Positions 17,241 to 26,400 of a DNA stretch of 32,967 bases are shown here, piece by piece. A model generated the notes under the pieces. The model saw nothing but the letters and a program-made list of their open reading frames with translations, had not been told where the DNA came from and made no database searches. The stretch spans positions 1-32,967 of the forward strand of contig BTVJ01000086.1 in assembly GCA_045863395.1 (NCBI GenBank), written 5' to 3'. The position numbers and the translations under genes are program-made. The stretch is from Myxococcales bacterium. GTDB taxonomy: Bacteria; Myxococcota_A; UBA9042; JABWCM01; BTVJ01. Every line of letters starts with the position of its first letter. Position 1 is the stretch's first letter.

Positions 17241-18895
17241 GGACGCGCGTCCTCGATGCGGTAGTCGTAGCCCTGCTCCACCAGGAAGAGCTGGCGGTGG
17301 TGGGCCAGGTCCTGCTCCACCGTGTCGCGGCTGACCAGGGAGTAGAAGTGGGCCTGGTTCTCTCCCTTCTTGGGGCGGAGCAGGCGGCCAAGGCGCTGGG
17401 CCTCTTCTTGTCTGGAGCCAAACGTGCCCGAGATCTGGATGGCGAGGGAGGCGTCCGGCAGGTCGATGGCGAAGTTGGCGACCTTGGACACCACGAGGCG
17501 CTGCTCGCGCCCCTCGCGGAAGGCGTCGTAGAGCTCCGCGCGCTTGCGCTGCGGGGTGTCACCGGTGAGCAGCGGGGCGCGCAGCGCGTGGGCCACGGCC
17601 TGGAGCTGGTCGACGTAGGTCCCGATGATCAGCGCCTGGGCGTCCGGGTGGCGGGCGAGCAGCGCGCTGACGACCGGCAGCTTGCGCGGGTTCTCGGAGG
17701 CGACCCGGAAGCGCAGGCGCTCCGGGGCCGCTGCGTACTGGCGGCCCAGCTCCGGTGCCATCGGGACTCGCACCTCGGAGCAGGTGGCCCTCGCGATCCA
17801 CCCCTGCCGCTCCATGGTCTTCCACGGGATGTCTAGCTTTTTGGGCCCGATCAGGGCAAAGACGTCGCCCTCCAGGCCGTCCTCGCGCACCAGCGTGGCG
17901 GTCAGTCCCAGGCGGCGCCGCGCCTGCACCTCTGCGGTCACCCGGAAGACCGGTGCCGGCAGCAGGTGCACCTCGTCGTAGACGATGAGGCCGAAGTCCC
18001 GCTGGCGGAACAACCCGAAGTGGGTGAAGTCGTCTCCCTTGCGCTTCCGGTGGGTCAGGATCTGGTAGGTGGAGACCGTGACGGGGCGCACCTCCTTGGC
18101 CTGCCCCGTGTACTCTCCAATCTGGTCCGGGGTCAGGTGGGTCTTGTCCAGCAGCTCGTCGATCCACTGGCGCACGGCGGTCCCGCTGGTGGTCAGGATC
18201 AGGGTCGAGGCGCCGACCCGCTGCATGGCGGCGATGCCGACGATGGTCTTGCCCGCCCCGCACGGGAGCACGATGACGCCGGAGCCCCCGTGGGCCGCGC
18301 CCGAGGCGTGATACACGTCCACGGCCTCTTGTTGATAGGGGCGAAGCGAGAATGGGAGACCGGCGAGGGTCTGCGCGCGGGCCTGGATGGACAGCGGCTC
18401 GCCGGGAGTGTAACCCGCGAGGTCGACCGCCGGGAAGCGGGCGCGGATCAGGGCCTGCTTGAGGGCGCCGCGCGCCAGCAGGGTGGCGCGGAACGTGCGA
18501 TGCGAGACAAACTCCAGGTGCTCGCGCAGCTCGTCGCGGAGCCACAGCTCCTCGGCCAGCTCGGGAGTGTCCGCCTCCAGGCGAAGCTCGCCGTCGGACA
18601 CGGTCAGGACGACGCGGCCGAAGCGCGCGGCGATGGAGAGAATCTCGTCTTTGACGTGATGGGGTAATGGGTATCTGGAGTGTCTCGTCAGTGCGTCGAC
18701 CATCTCGCCCGCGGGCACTCCCCCGGCGGCCGCGTTCCAGATGGACAGCGGCGTGACTCGCCAGGTGTGCATGTGCTCCGGGGACTTCACCAGCTCCGCG
18801 AAGCGGCAGATGTCGTTGCGCGCGTCCTCGTGGCCGGGGTGGTCCACCTCCAACAGCAGGGTGAGGTCCCCTTGGACGATGAGCGGTCCGGTCAT
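17237..18895 (-). CDS. xpb: DNA repair helicase XPB (Ssl2/Rad25/ERCC3 family), 552 aa
   Basis: N-terminal PLIVQGD..LLEVDHP..FAEL.KSPEH.HT; LRPYQ; LPCGAGKT; DEVH; LGLTATLVREDG (RED motif); QISGTFGSRQEEAQRLGRLLR. Confidence 0.95.
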   Translation of the reverse strand: MTGPLIVQGDLTLLLEVDHPGHEDARNDICRFAELVKSPEHMHTWRVTPLSIWNAAAGGVPAGEMVDALTRHSRYPLPHHVKDEILSIAARFGRVVLTVSDGELRLEADTPELAEELWLRDELREHLEFVSHRTFRATLLARGALKQALIRARFPAVDLAGYTPGEPLSIQARAQTLAGLPFSLRPYQQEAVDVYHASGAAHGGSGVIVLPCGAGKTIVGIAAMQRVGASTLILTTSGTAVRQWIDELLDKTHLTPDQIGEYTGQAKEVRPVTVSTYQILTHRKRKGDDFTHFGLFRQRDFGLIVYDEVHLLPAPVFRVTAEVQARRRLGLTATLVREDGLEGDVFALIGPKKLDIPWKTMERQGWIARATCSEVRVPMAPELGRQYAAAPERLRFRVASENPRKLPVVSALLARHPDAQALIIGTYVDQLQAVAHALRAPLLTGDTPQRKRAELYDAFREGREQRLVVSKVANFAIDLPDASLAIQISGTFGSRQEEAQRLGRLLRPKKGENQAHFYSLVSRDTVEQDLAHHRQLFLVEQGYDYRIEDARP

Positions 18896-19902
18896 CTCGG
18901 CTTCCTGGTGCGGGTGCGTGCGGGCGCTGTGTTCCGTTGGGGTTGTGACGAGGACGCGAGCCGCTTCGCCCACCCGTGGAGGTGCGGGTGGTCGGGTGCC
19001 AGGCGGGCGGCCAGCTCGGCGATGGCCATGGAGACCTCCTCGGCGCGGCCGGCGGCCCGGGCGGACTTCTCCAGGGAGACCAGCATGGGCGTGTAGGCCG
19101 GGCGGCCCGGGAGCGCGACGAGGAACAGGTCCGTCGCCAGGTCGAACGCTTGGAGCTTGTGCGCCTTCCACCCCGCGTCCCCTGCCACGTCGGGCGGCAG
19201 CGCTGCGAGCCGCTCTCGCACCACCACTCGCGCCGTTTCGCCTTCTCCGGCGCGCAGGAGCTTCTCGAGGTACGCGGCGAACAGCGCGTCGGGGATGCCC
19301 TCGCCGAGGTCCACCATGGTCTCCACCTCGTCGCGGAGGTCGCTGGTGCCCATTTCCTGCCCGCGGAGCCTGGTGCGGGTCTCCTGCGCCCAGGTGTCCT
19401 CGGGGTGGCGAGCCAGGTGCTCGTCCAGCCACTGGAGGGCGCGCGCCAGGTCTCCCCGCCGCTCCCAGAGCCACGCCAGGTCCTGTGCGACCTCGGGGTG
19501 CGCGGGCCAGAGGGGCGTGAGCAGGGCGTCGGCCTCGTCGAGCTTGCCGAGATGGGTCAGCACCTTGCCGAGCCAGCGCTCCCGAGACCAGTGGGGGAAG
19601 ATGGCGAGGCTCTCCCGCAGGTCCCGGGCGGCGTCTGCCCAGGCGCGCTCCCGGCACGCAGCCCGGCCGCTCCAGTAGAGGATGCGCCCCGACGCCGGGT
19701 ACAGCTCCCGGAGCTGCCGCGCCAGCCGCCGCGCCTCCGCCGGGTCCGCGAACCGCACGAGCCGCTCCAGCTCCAGTGCGCGCGTCGCCTCGGACAGCGG
19801 GTCCTCGTCGCGAAGCCGGGCGAGCAGGTCGTCAGCGGCCCCCCGGTCGCCCCTCCTGAGGGCGTGCTGAAGGTTCCGTCGAAGCACTTCCACGTAGGCC
19901 AT
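18892..19902 (-). CDS. Tetratricopeptide-repeat protein
   Basis: Helical TPR-like repeats (YWSGRAA..WADAARDLRESL; WLGKVLTHLGKLDEADALL; DLAWLWERRGDLARALQWL). The stop overlaps the XPB start (ATGA, 18892-18895). An alternative GTG start is at 19989. Confidence 0.75.
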   Translation of the reverse strand: MAYVEVLRRNLQHALRRGDRGAADDLLARLRDEDPLSEATRALELERLVRFADPAEARRLARQLRELYPASGRILYWSGRAACRERAWADAARDLRESLAIFPHWSRERWLGKVLTHLGKLDEADALLTPLWPAHPEVAQDLAWLWERRGDLARALQWLDEHLARHPEDTWAQETRTRLRGQEMGTSDLRDEVETMVDLGEGIPDALFAAYLEKLLRAGEGETARVVVRERLAALPPDVAGDAGWKAHKLQAFDLATDLFLVALPGRPAYTPMLVSLEKSARAAGRAEEVSMAIAELAARLAPDHPHLHGWAKRLASSSQPQRNTAPARTRTRKPR

Positions 19903-19985
19903 GGCAGCCTCGATAGCGCATGTGGGGTGCGCGTGCAAGCGGCCATGGGGGTTCGGGGGTGGGCGGATCGTGGCCAGCCGCCCGG

Positions 19986-20831
19986 TCACGCCTCGGGATC
20001 GAGGCCCAACTCACGGAGGCGCGCGGCGAGGCGGTCGGCGCGGGCGGCCTCCTGCGCGGCGCGGGCAGCCTCGTGCTCGGCGCGGGCAGCCTCGTGCTCG
20101 GCGCGGGCAGCCTCCTGTTCGGCGCGGGCAGCCTCGTGCTCGGCGCGGGCAGCCTCCTGCTCGGCGCGGCTCTTCTGCTCCAGCCCCCTGGCACGCTCCA
20201 CGGCCAGGCGGGGCCGCTGCTCGCCCTGGTACCAGATGTCGAGCTTGTGCCCGTTCTCCCACTGGTCGCGAGGGAGGACCCTCAGCTCCAGGCCCGGCAC
20301 GGAGCGCGACTGCACGGAGCCCCCCGGCGCCAGGTCGTGGTGCTCATAGCGCTCTCCCGAGAGCTCGCACCAGACCAGGGAGCGCGCGTCGTCCAGGTCC
20401 GGAAAGACAAGCGCAAACTCGGGGACCTGGCTGAACTCGTTGAGGTATCTCTGGAAGTGGATGTCCTTCGTCTCCTTCCGGGGGTCGTTGGTCGACACGA
20501 TCTCGATGACGAGGAGCAGATCCTCGGACGTGATGCGGTTGCGGTCCACGGGCCGGGCGAAGACACAGTCGCCGTAGTAGGCCCTCTGCTCCATGGTCTC
20601 GGGGTGGATGTACCAGATGGGATGGTCCGAGAGGAAGATGAGCCCCGCCTCCCGGGCGATGGCCCGCAGGATGGTCGTGGTCTCGCCAATCATCAGCTCG
20701 TGCGCGGTACTCTGCGGCACTTGCAGGGCCTCGTCGAAGTAGGGGATCCCATCGAAGGCGGTGTGGAGGCGCCGCTCGAGGTAGGGGCGATCCGGGGGGT
20801 AGATGCGGTAGCTGGTCATCGCCTGAGACAT
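19986..20831 (-). CDS. Uma2-family (PD-(D/E)XK-like) putative endonuclease with coiled-coil tail
   Basis: PQSTAH, YYGDCVF, LLLVIEIVS; tail RADRLAARLRELGLDPE is typical of the family. Confidence 0.75.
   Translation of the reverse strand: MSQAMTSYRIYPPDRPYLERRLHTAFDGIPYFDEALQVPQSTAHELMIGETTTILRAIAREAGLIFLSDHPIWYIHPETMEQRAYYGDCVFARPVDRNRITSEDLLLVIEIVSTNDPRKETKDIHFQRYLNEFSQVPEFALVFPDLDDARSLVWCELSGERYEHHDLAPGGSVQSRSVPGLELRVLPRDQWENGHKLDIWYQGEQRPRLAVERARGLEQKSRAEQEAARAEHEAARAEQEAARAEHEAARAEHEAARAAQEAARADRLAARLRELGLDPEA
20037..20162. repeat. Coding tandem repeat, 6 x 21 bp (heptad E[QH]EAARA)
   Basis: Unit ggcgcgggcagcctc[g/c]tgctc at 20037, 20058, 20079, 20100, 20121 and 20142, with minor variants in some units. 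Confidence 0.92.
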
Positions 20832-20917
20832 GAACACCAAGGTAGACGATGGGCGGGGAGGGGTCAACCGGCGGGGTGCCCTCCATCACGCGGGGAGGAG
20901 CGGAGCTCGATCCCCGT

Positions 20918-22213
20918 TCATGGCGCCTGCCTCCTCGTATCCACGAAGTCGACGTCGGGGAGCTCCACCTCCCAGGCGTCCGCGGCCAGCACGTCGAGGC
21001 GCGGAGAGTCCCGGGCCCGGAACGCGGCCTTGATGGCGTCGGCCAGGGCGGCACCCAGGTCGTCCGGCCGGGGCACCCGGATGCGCCGCAGACACTGCGC
21101 CTGGAAGCGCAGGTAGCCCCCGCGCATCTTCACCGTGTAGGACCACACGAAGAACAGGGCCATGCGCGAGCTGAGGAGCCCGCCGAGCACCTCCAGGTCC
21201 CACACGTCCGAGGTGACGAAGTACAGGTTGTGGTGCGGGTGGTAGCCCCCCGCGTCGTAGACGACCTCGTTGGCCCCCGCGATGTCCGGTATGAGCGGCT
21301 TGGGGGTTCCGACCAGGCCCGGATGGACCCGGTCGATGGTGCGCAACCAGTGGGACGGGCTCTTGCGCGCGACGTCCCGGCGCCGCACGGCGGCGAAGCG
21401 GTCCAGATGACGCGCGAGCCGCGGGTAGCAGCCGATGTCGATGGCCCTGCCGTCCTCGCCGAAGGTGTCGATGACGAAGCGCCCCGCGTCACGCACTGCC
21501 CCGGCGTGGAGATCCTCGCGCATGACCAACGGCACGAGGCGGTGGGCCTCGATGTCTGCCGAGGAGTCAACGATGCAGGCGGCGTCGGCGCCGGTGGCGA
21601 CCCCGATACCGACACGGGTCCTGCCGACCTCCTCCAGCGCCGGGAGGCGGGCCTCCAGATCGCGGAGGAGTCGCAGGTGGGCGGGGCTGCTCAACACCCA
21701 CGGATCTGGGCCCTCGAACCAGGTCGGGTAGACGGCGACGTCCACCCCCACCGCATCGAGGCCCCGCAGTGCTCGCGAGGCCGCGTCGCTCTCGGCTGCG
21801 CTGGCCGTGGTGAGCCTGGCGACGGAGACCGCCGTGCCAGGGCGCCGCCCGATGCAGAAGATGGACGGGTAGGCGATGACCTCTGACTCGAACGGAGACG
21901 CGTCGTGGAGATCGACGTAGGACCTCACGGCGTACCGGCGCGTCACCAGCTCGCGAAGGGGCGCCCCATACCGGTTCAGGGTCCAGCGGACGGCGCAGAC
22001 GTAGGACAGCATGCCGTCCTCGCCGAGCAACCGGAGCCCGCGCTCGATGAACGCGACGTACAGGTCGGCCCTGTCGAACAGGGTCGCGTAGCGCCGCCGG
22101 TACTCAGCCTGCAGGGTTGGTGCGAGCTGCTCGGTGCGGACGTAGGGTGGGTTCCCCACCACGACGTCGAAGGGCGGCAGCGGGGCGAGCAGGAAGACGC
22201 CTTCACGAAGCCA
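20918..22213 (-). pseudogene. 5'-truncated N6-adenine DNA methyltransferase (gamma class, PaeR7I/XhoI-like)
   Basis: FDVVVGNPPYVR, RADLYVAFIERGL, RW..NRYGAPLR, VGIGVATGAD, PHHNLYFVTS, MRGGYLRFQAQ.LRRIRVP. No SAM-binding motif I (xEPxxGxG) upstream; homology starts abruptly at WLREG. Confidence 0.8.
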
Positions 22214-22284
22214 GCGCGAATGTGTCCTTGGAGAACGCCGCGGGCAGCCGGAGCTGGAGTGCAACAGGATGCCCCCAAACTCAC

Positions 22285-22362
22285 AATGATCTCGGCAAGC
22301 TGATGCTCCGGCACCTGGAGCAGGTCGTCGAATGTGGCTGGGCGTCGGGCGGACCCTGCCAT
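22285..22362 (-). pseudogene. N-terminal fragment of a Uma2-family gene
   Basis: RBS GGAGGT followed by MAGSARRPATFDDLLQVPEHQLAEII, a typical myxobacterial Uma2 N-terminus; similarity then stops. Confidence 0.7.
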
Positions 22363-22520
22363 GGCGTACCTCCGTGGCTGCCAGCATAGCGGACCCCGGT
22401 GCGCCGGTCACCCGTGGCGGCGACCGCTACGCAAGCGGTCCGCGCGACCGCCCCAGAGGCCAGCTCCGACCACGAGCGCCAGCCTGTGCTATGGTAGCCG
22501 CCGCGACAGGGAGGTCGGCG

Positions 22521-23066
22521 ATGCGTTGGGCGATGGTGGCTCTCTTGATGGCAATGGCGTGCAGAAGCGGGGCGGCGCCCCGGGAGGAGTCGATGAGCGT
22601 GCACGACCTGAACGTGAAGGACATCAGCGGCAAGGACGTGAGCCTGCGCGACTTCGCGGGCAAGGCGCTCCTGATCGTCAACGTGGCGTCCGAGTGCGGG
22701 TACACGCCGCAGTACGCGGGCCTCCAGGAGCTGTGGGAGCGCTACCGCGAGAGGGGGCTCGTGGTGCTCGGCTTCCCCTCCAACGACTTTGGGGGGCAGG
22801 AGCCGGGGACCGACGCCGAGATCCAGACCTTCTGCTCCTCGAAGTTCAACGTCACCTTCCCACTCTTCTCCAAGGTGCCGGTCAAAGGCGACGCAAAGAC
22901 GCCGCTCTACCTGCGCCTGACCGCCGGCTCCGGCGAGGTCAAGTGGAACTTCACCAAGTTCCTCGTGGGGCCCGACGGCAAGGTCATCCAGCGCTTCGAG
23001 CCCAAGGTGGCGCCCCTCGACCCAGCCTTGGTGGACGCCGTCGAGCGCGCGCTCCCAGCCCGCTGA
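22521..23066 (+). CDS. gpx: Glutathione peroxidase family protein (Cys type), possibly a lipoprotein
   Basis: NVASECGYT, GFPSNDFGGQEPG, FC, KWNFTKFLV. Optional N-terminal MRWAMVALLMAMAC. Second candidate start at 22593. Confidence 0.93.
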   Translation: MRWAMVALLMAMACRSGAAPREESMSVHDLNVKDISGKDVSLRDFAGKALLIVNVASECGYTPQYAGLQELWERYRERGLVVLGFPSNDFGGQEPGTDAEIQTFCSSKFNVTFPLFSKVPVKGDAKTPLYLRLTAGSGEVKWNFTKFLVGPDGKVIQRFEPKVAPLDPALVDAVERALPAR

Positions 23067-23108
23067 CCTCACGGGGCACCGCGGCCCCCCCCAAGCAATG
23101 AGGTGACC

Positions 23109-23420
23109 ATGGACTGGTTTCGAGTGACCTGCGACGAGGAGGAGGTCCGGGCGGACGTGGCGCCTCCGGGAGGGGTCGCCTGGTCCCGCGCCATTCGCTG
23201 GGGCTCCGTCGAGCGGGTCTGTTTCGAGGCGGGAGGGCTCTGGGAGTCTGACACCTGGTACCTCTTCGAGCGGGGGGAGCCCCACAGCTTGATGATCCCG
23301 AGCGGCGCACCGGGAACCGGCGAGCTGCTCGACGCGCTGATGGCGCGCGGGCTGTTCCCGGCGGAGCTGGCCATCCGGGCGGCCACCGGCGAGGGGCTGA
23401 CCTGCTGGCCGACCGAGTGA
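23109..23420 (+). CDS. Hypothetical protein, 103 aa
   Basis: RBS GAGG, GC3-biased codons, globular-looking composition (IRWGSVERVCFE). Confidence 0.65.
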   Translation: MDWFRVTCDEEEVRADVAPPGGVAWSRAIRWGSVERVCFEAGGLWESDTWYLFERGEPHSLMIPSGAPGTGELLDALMARGLFPAELAIRAATGEGLTCWPTE

Positions 23421-23473
23421 CTCCCGCACCACCTCCATGTACAATCGCGCCTCGTTCCGGGGGACGGAGGCCC

Positions 23474-26400
23474 ATGACGACGATTCGCGACCTGGTCGGC
23501 GCCCGCGCACAGCCCACCGTGGTGCGCCTCGAGGAGTCCCTCGACGCGCCGTGGATCACCGAGTCCTACTGCGTCACGCCGGACGTGCGGCGGCATGTGG
23601 ACGCCCTGCGCCACGCCCTCTCTCGCGACGCCGGCACGGGTGCCTTCCTCATCGGGCCCTACGGGTCGGGCAAGTCACACTTCCTCGCGTGGCTCGTTCA
23701 GGCGGTGCGCGCGGGGCGGCTCGGCGAGCCGCTGACCGTGGTCGCCCTGTCGCTGCTGCACTACCCGGCCGAGGCGCGGCTGGAGGACGTCGTCTGCGGG
23801 GCCGCGGGCATCCCCGTCGGCACCGGCGACCGGCGCCCCGCGTGGGCGGCGGCGCTCCAGAGATCCACGGGCGGGCTCCTGCTGGTCATCGACGAGCTCT
23901 CCGAGTTCCTGCGCAGCAAGCCGGACGCCCACCGGTTCAACGAGGACGTGCGCTTCCTCCAGTATCTCGGCGAGCTGGCCGGCGACGGGCGCCTGTTCGT
24001 CGTCTGCGCCATGCAGGAGGCCATCGAGCACACGGGGGAGCTGGAGCACGCCACCTACCGCAAGATCCAGGACCGCTACCCGCTGCGCATGCGGCTGACG
24101 CCCTCGCACGTGCGGACGCTGGTGTCCGAGAGCCTGCTGGTCAAGCGCCCGGGCTATGACGACGCGGTGGCGGAGCGCGTGAGGCAGCTTCGCGCAGCCG
24201 TCCCCGACGCGACCGTGGACTTCGGCGCCCTGGCGTCCATCTACCCGATTCACCCGGCGACCCTGGACCTGCTGGAGGAGGTGCGCGACCGCTTCTCGCA
24301 GGCCCGCGGCGTCGTGGGCTTCGTCACGACGCAGCTCCTCGGGGATCCGGGGCGCGGTATCGCTCCCTTTCTCGATGAGCCTTGGGGGGCGCTGCTGACG
24401 CCAGACGCCATCGTCGCGCACTTCGAAGACATCCTGGAGGTGCAGGCGGAGTTCCAGCCCCTCGCGCAGCAGCTCTTCCCCTGGTACCGGCGCCACATGG
24501 GCGAGCTGTTCGAGACGGAGCGGCTCGCGGAGCTGGCGCACCGGCTCCTCCGGCTGCTGGCGCTCGTCCATCTTTCGCCGCAGCGTGAGCGCCTGACGGC
24601 CGGTGAGGCCGCGAGCTGGCTCCTGTTCGCGGCGAGCCGCACCGACCCCTCGCGGAACCAGGCGATCATCGAGCGCACGTTGGACACGCTGGCGACGCGG
24701 GGCCGGTACATCCGCAAGGAGGCCGGCGGCTACCGCGTGGACGTGGAGGACGACGGCGCCTCCCGCCTCGACCGCGCTCTGGAGCGGGAGCTGGCGGAGC
24801 TGCCGGACGCGGCCATCTGCTTCGAGCTCATCGCGGGCCTGGACACCACCGGGTTTCCCCTCTTCGCGCTGCCCCGCGACGTCTGGCAGTCGTGCAGGAC
24901 GGCCTGGTGCCTCCACGAGCGCCTCTGGTCCCTGTGGGTGGGCAACGAGGATCCGCCGCGCCCTCCCCAGTCACCCGCTCTCGTCGTGCGCCTGCCGTGG
25001 GGGCAGGCCCCGTCGGCCCACGGCTGCACGACCCTGCACCCGGCGCCGCTCCAGCTCACCCCGCCGCTGCGGGAGCTGGCTGCGCTGGCGCGGCTGCGGG
25101 AGCGCCCCCTGGCGCCCGAGCTCGTCGAGCTCGCGGGGCGCCGCATCTCCGAGCGTCTACCGCTGTTCCAGCACGAGCTGCGGGCGTCCCTCGCGGACGC
25201 CAGGGCGGTGCGGCCCACTGGCACCATCGACAAGGCCCTCCCGCTGGGTCCCCGCGACGGGCTGGACGACTGGCTCGGGCGGTGGGCGCTCGGGATGCTC
25301 CAGCGGGACTTCCCCCAGTTCGAGCGGCTGGCTCCCGCGGAGGGCCCGCTGCCCAAGGAGGCATGGCGGGAGCTCGTGCGCTGGGGCCTGGAGCACGACC
25401 TGGGGGACCCGGACGCCCCGCAGCTCGTCCGGTCGATCCGGGAGGGCTACCTCGTCCCCATGAAGCTCCTGGAGCGCGCGGGGCGCGGCTACGTGGTCCG
25501 CCGCACCGACACCCACGACCTGGTCAAGCTCGTGCTGCCGCTGCTGGACGGTACGCCATTGCCGAAGACCGTCTATACGCACCTCGCGGGACCGGTGTAT
25601 GGCCTCGTGCCCGACCAGATCCACGCGCTCTTGCTGACGCTGCTGCTGCTCGGCGAGGTGGACATCGAGAAGGGCGGGCGGTCCCTGCGGGAGCTGCACG
25701 ACTCCCTGCCGCTGCCCATCCAGTACGACCGCATCACGGCGGGGCGAGCGCTCCCGCCGGCGGCCCTGACGGCGCTCACGAGCCTCGCCGACGGCCTCCA
25801 CCTCAAGCCGCCCGCACAGTGGACCATCGAGGGGCAGCGGCAGGTGATCGGGCGCCTGACCGACGTCATCCGAGCACGCGCCGAGCGCCTGCGGCCCCTG
25901 CTGCCGCGCCTGGAGGGGGCGCTGTCCGAGCAGGCGCGGGAGGTGCTCGCGTGGAGCGATGCGTTGAGCGGCGAAGAGCGCCTCGCGGCCTTCGAGGCGC
26001 TGCTGGTCCGCGCAGGGTCGGCGCCGCGCATCCTGGAGCGCCTCGGCTTCATGGCCGACCTCCCGGAGCGCTTCGAGCGACAGGTGACGGAGGTCGGGCG
26101 GATGCGTCACCTCCTGTCCCAGCCGGGCCTCGCGGATGAGGGCGTCGAGGAGCCGCCCCCGCTGGACCGTCCGGACGCCGTGGACGCCTGGATCTCCCGC
26201 GCGCGCTCCGTCGTCGCGGCCTATGCTGCCCGCTACCGGGAGGCCCACGACGCCTGGTGGGCGGCGCGGGCCGACCACCCGGCCTGGACCTGGCACCCAC
26301 CGGCGGTGGCATGGTCCAAGCACGCAGGAGTGGACGCCGATGCATGGAGACGTGCGCGGGAGGCCCTCCGCCGTTGCGCTGGGCTCGGCCCCCTCGACTT

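Noticed and set aside
14800..17334. 844-aa plus-strand ORF
   Set aside because: Antisense shadow of the Helicase_C_3 gene.
20037..20162. Possible CRISPR array
   Set aside because: The 21-bp units are contiguous with no spacers and lie in frame within a coiled-coil-coding region. No repeat-spacer array was seen anywhere in the window.
20918..22411. Intact 497-aa methyltransferase or functional R-M system
   Set aside because: The first ~65 aa of the track ORF are non-homologous, motif I is missing, and there is no cognate endonuclease gene.
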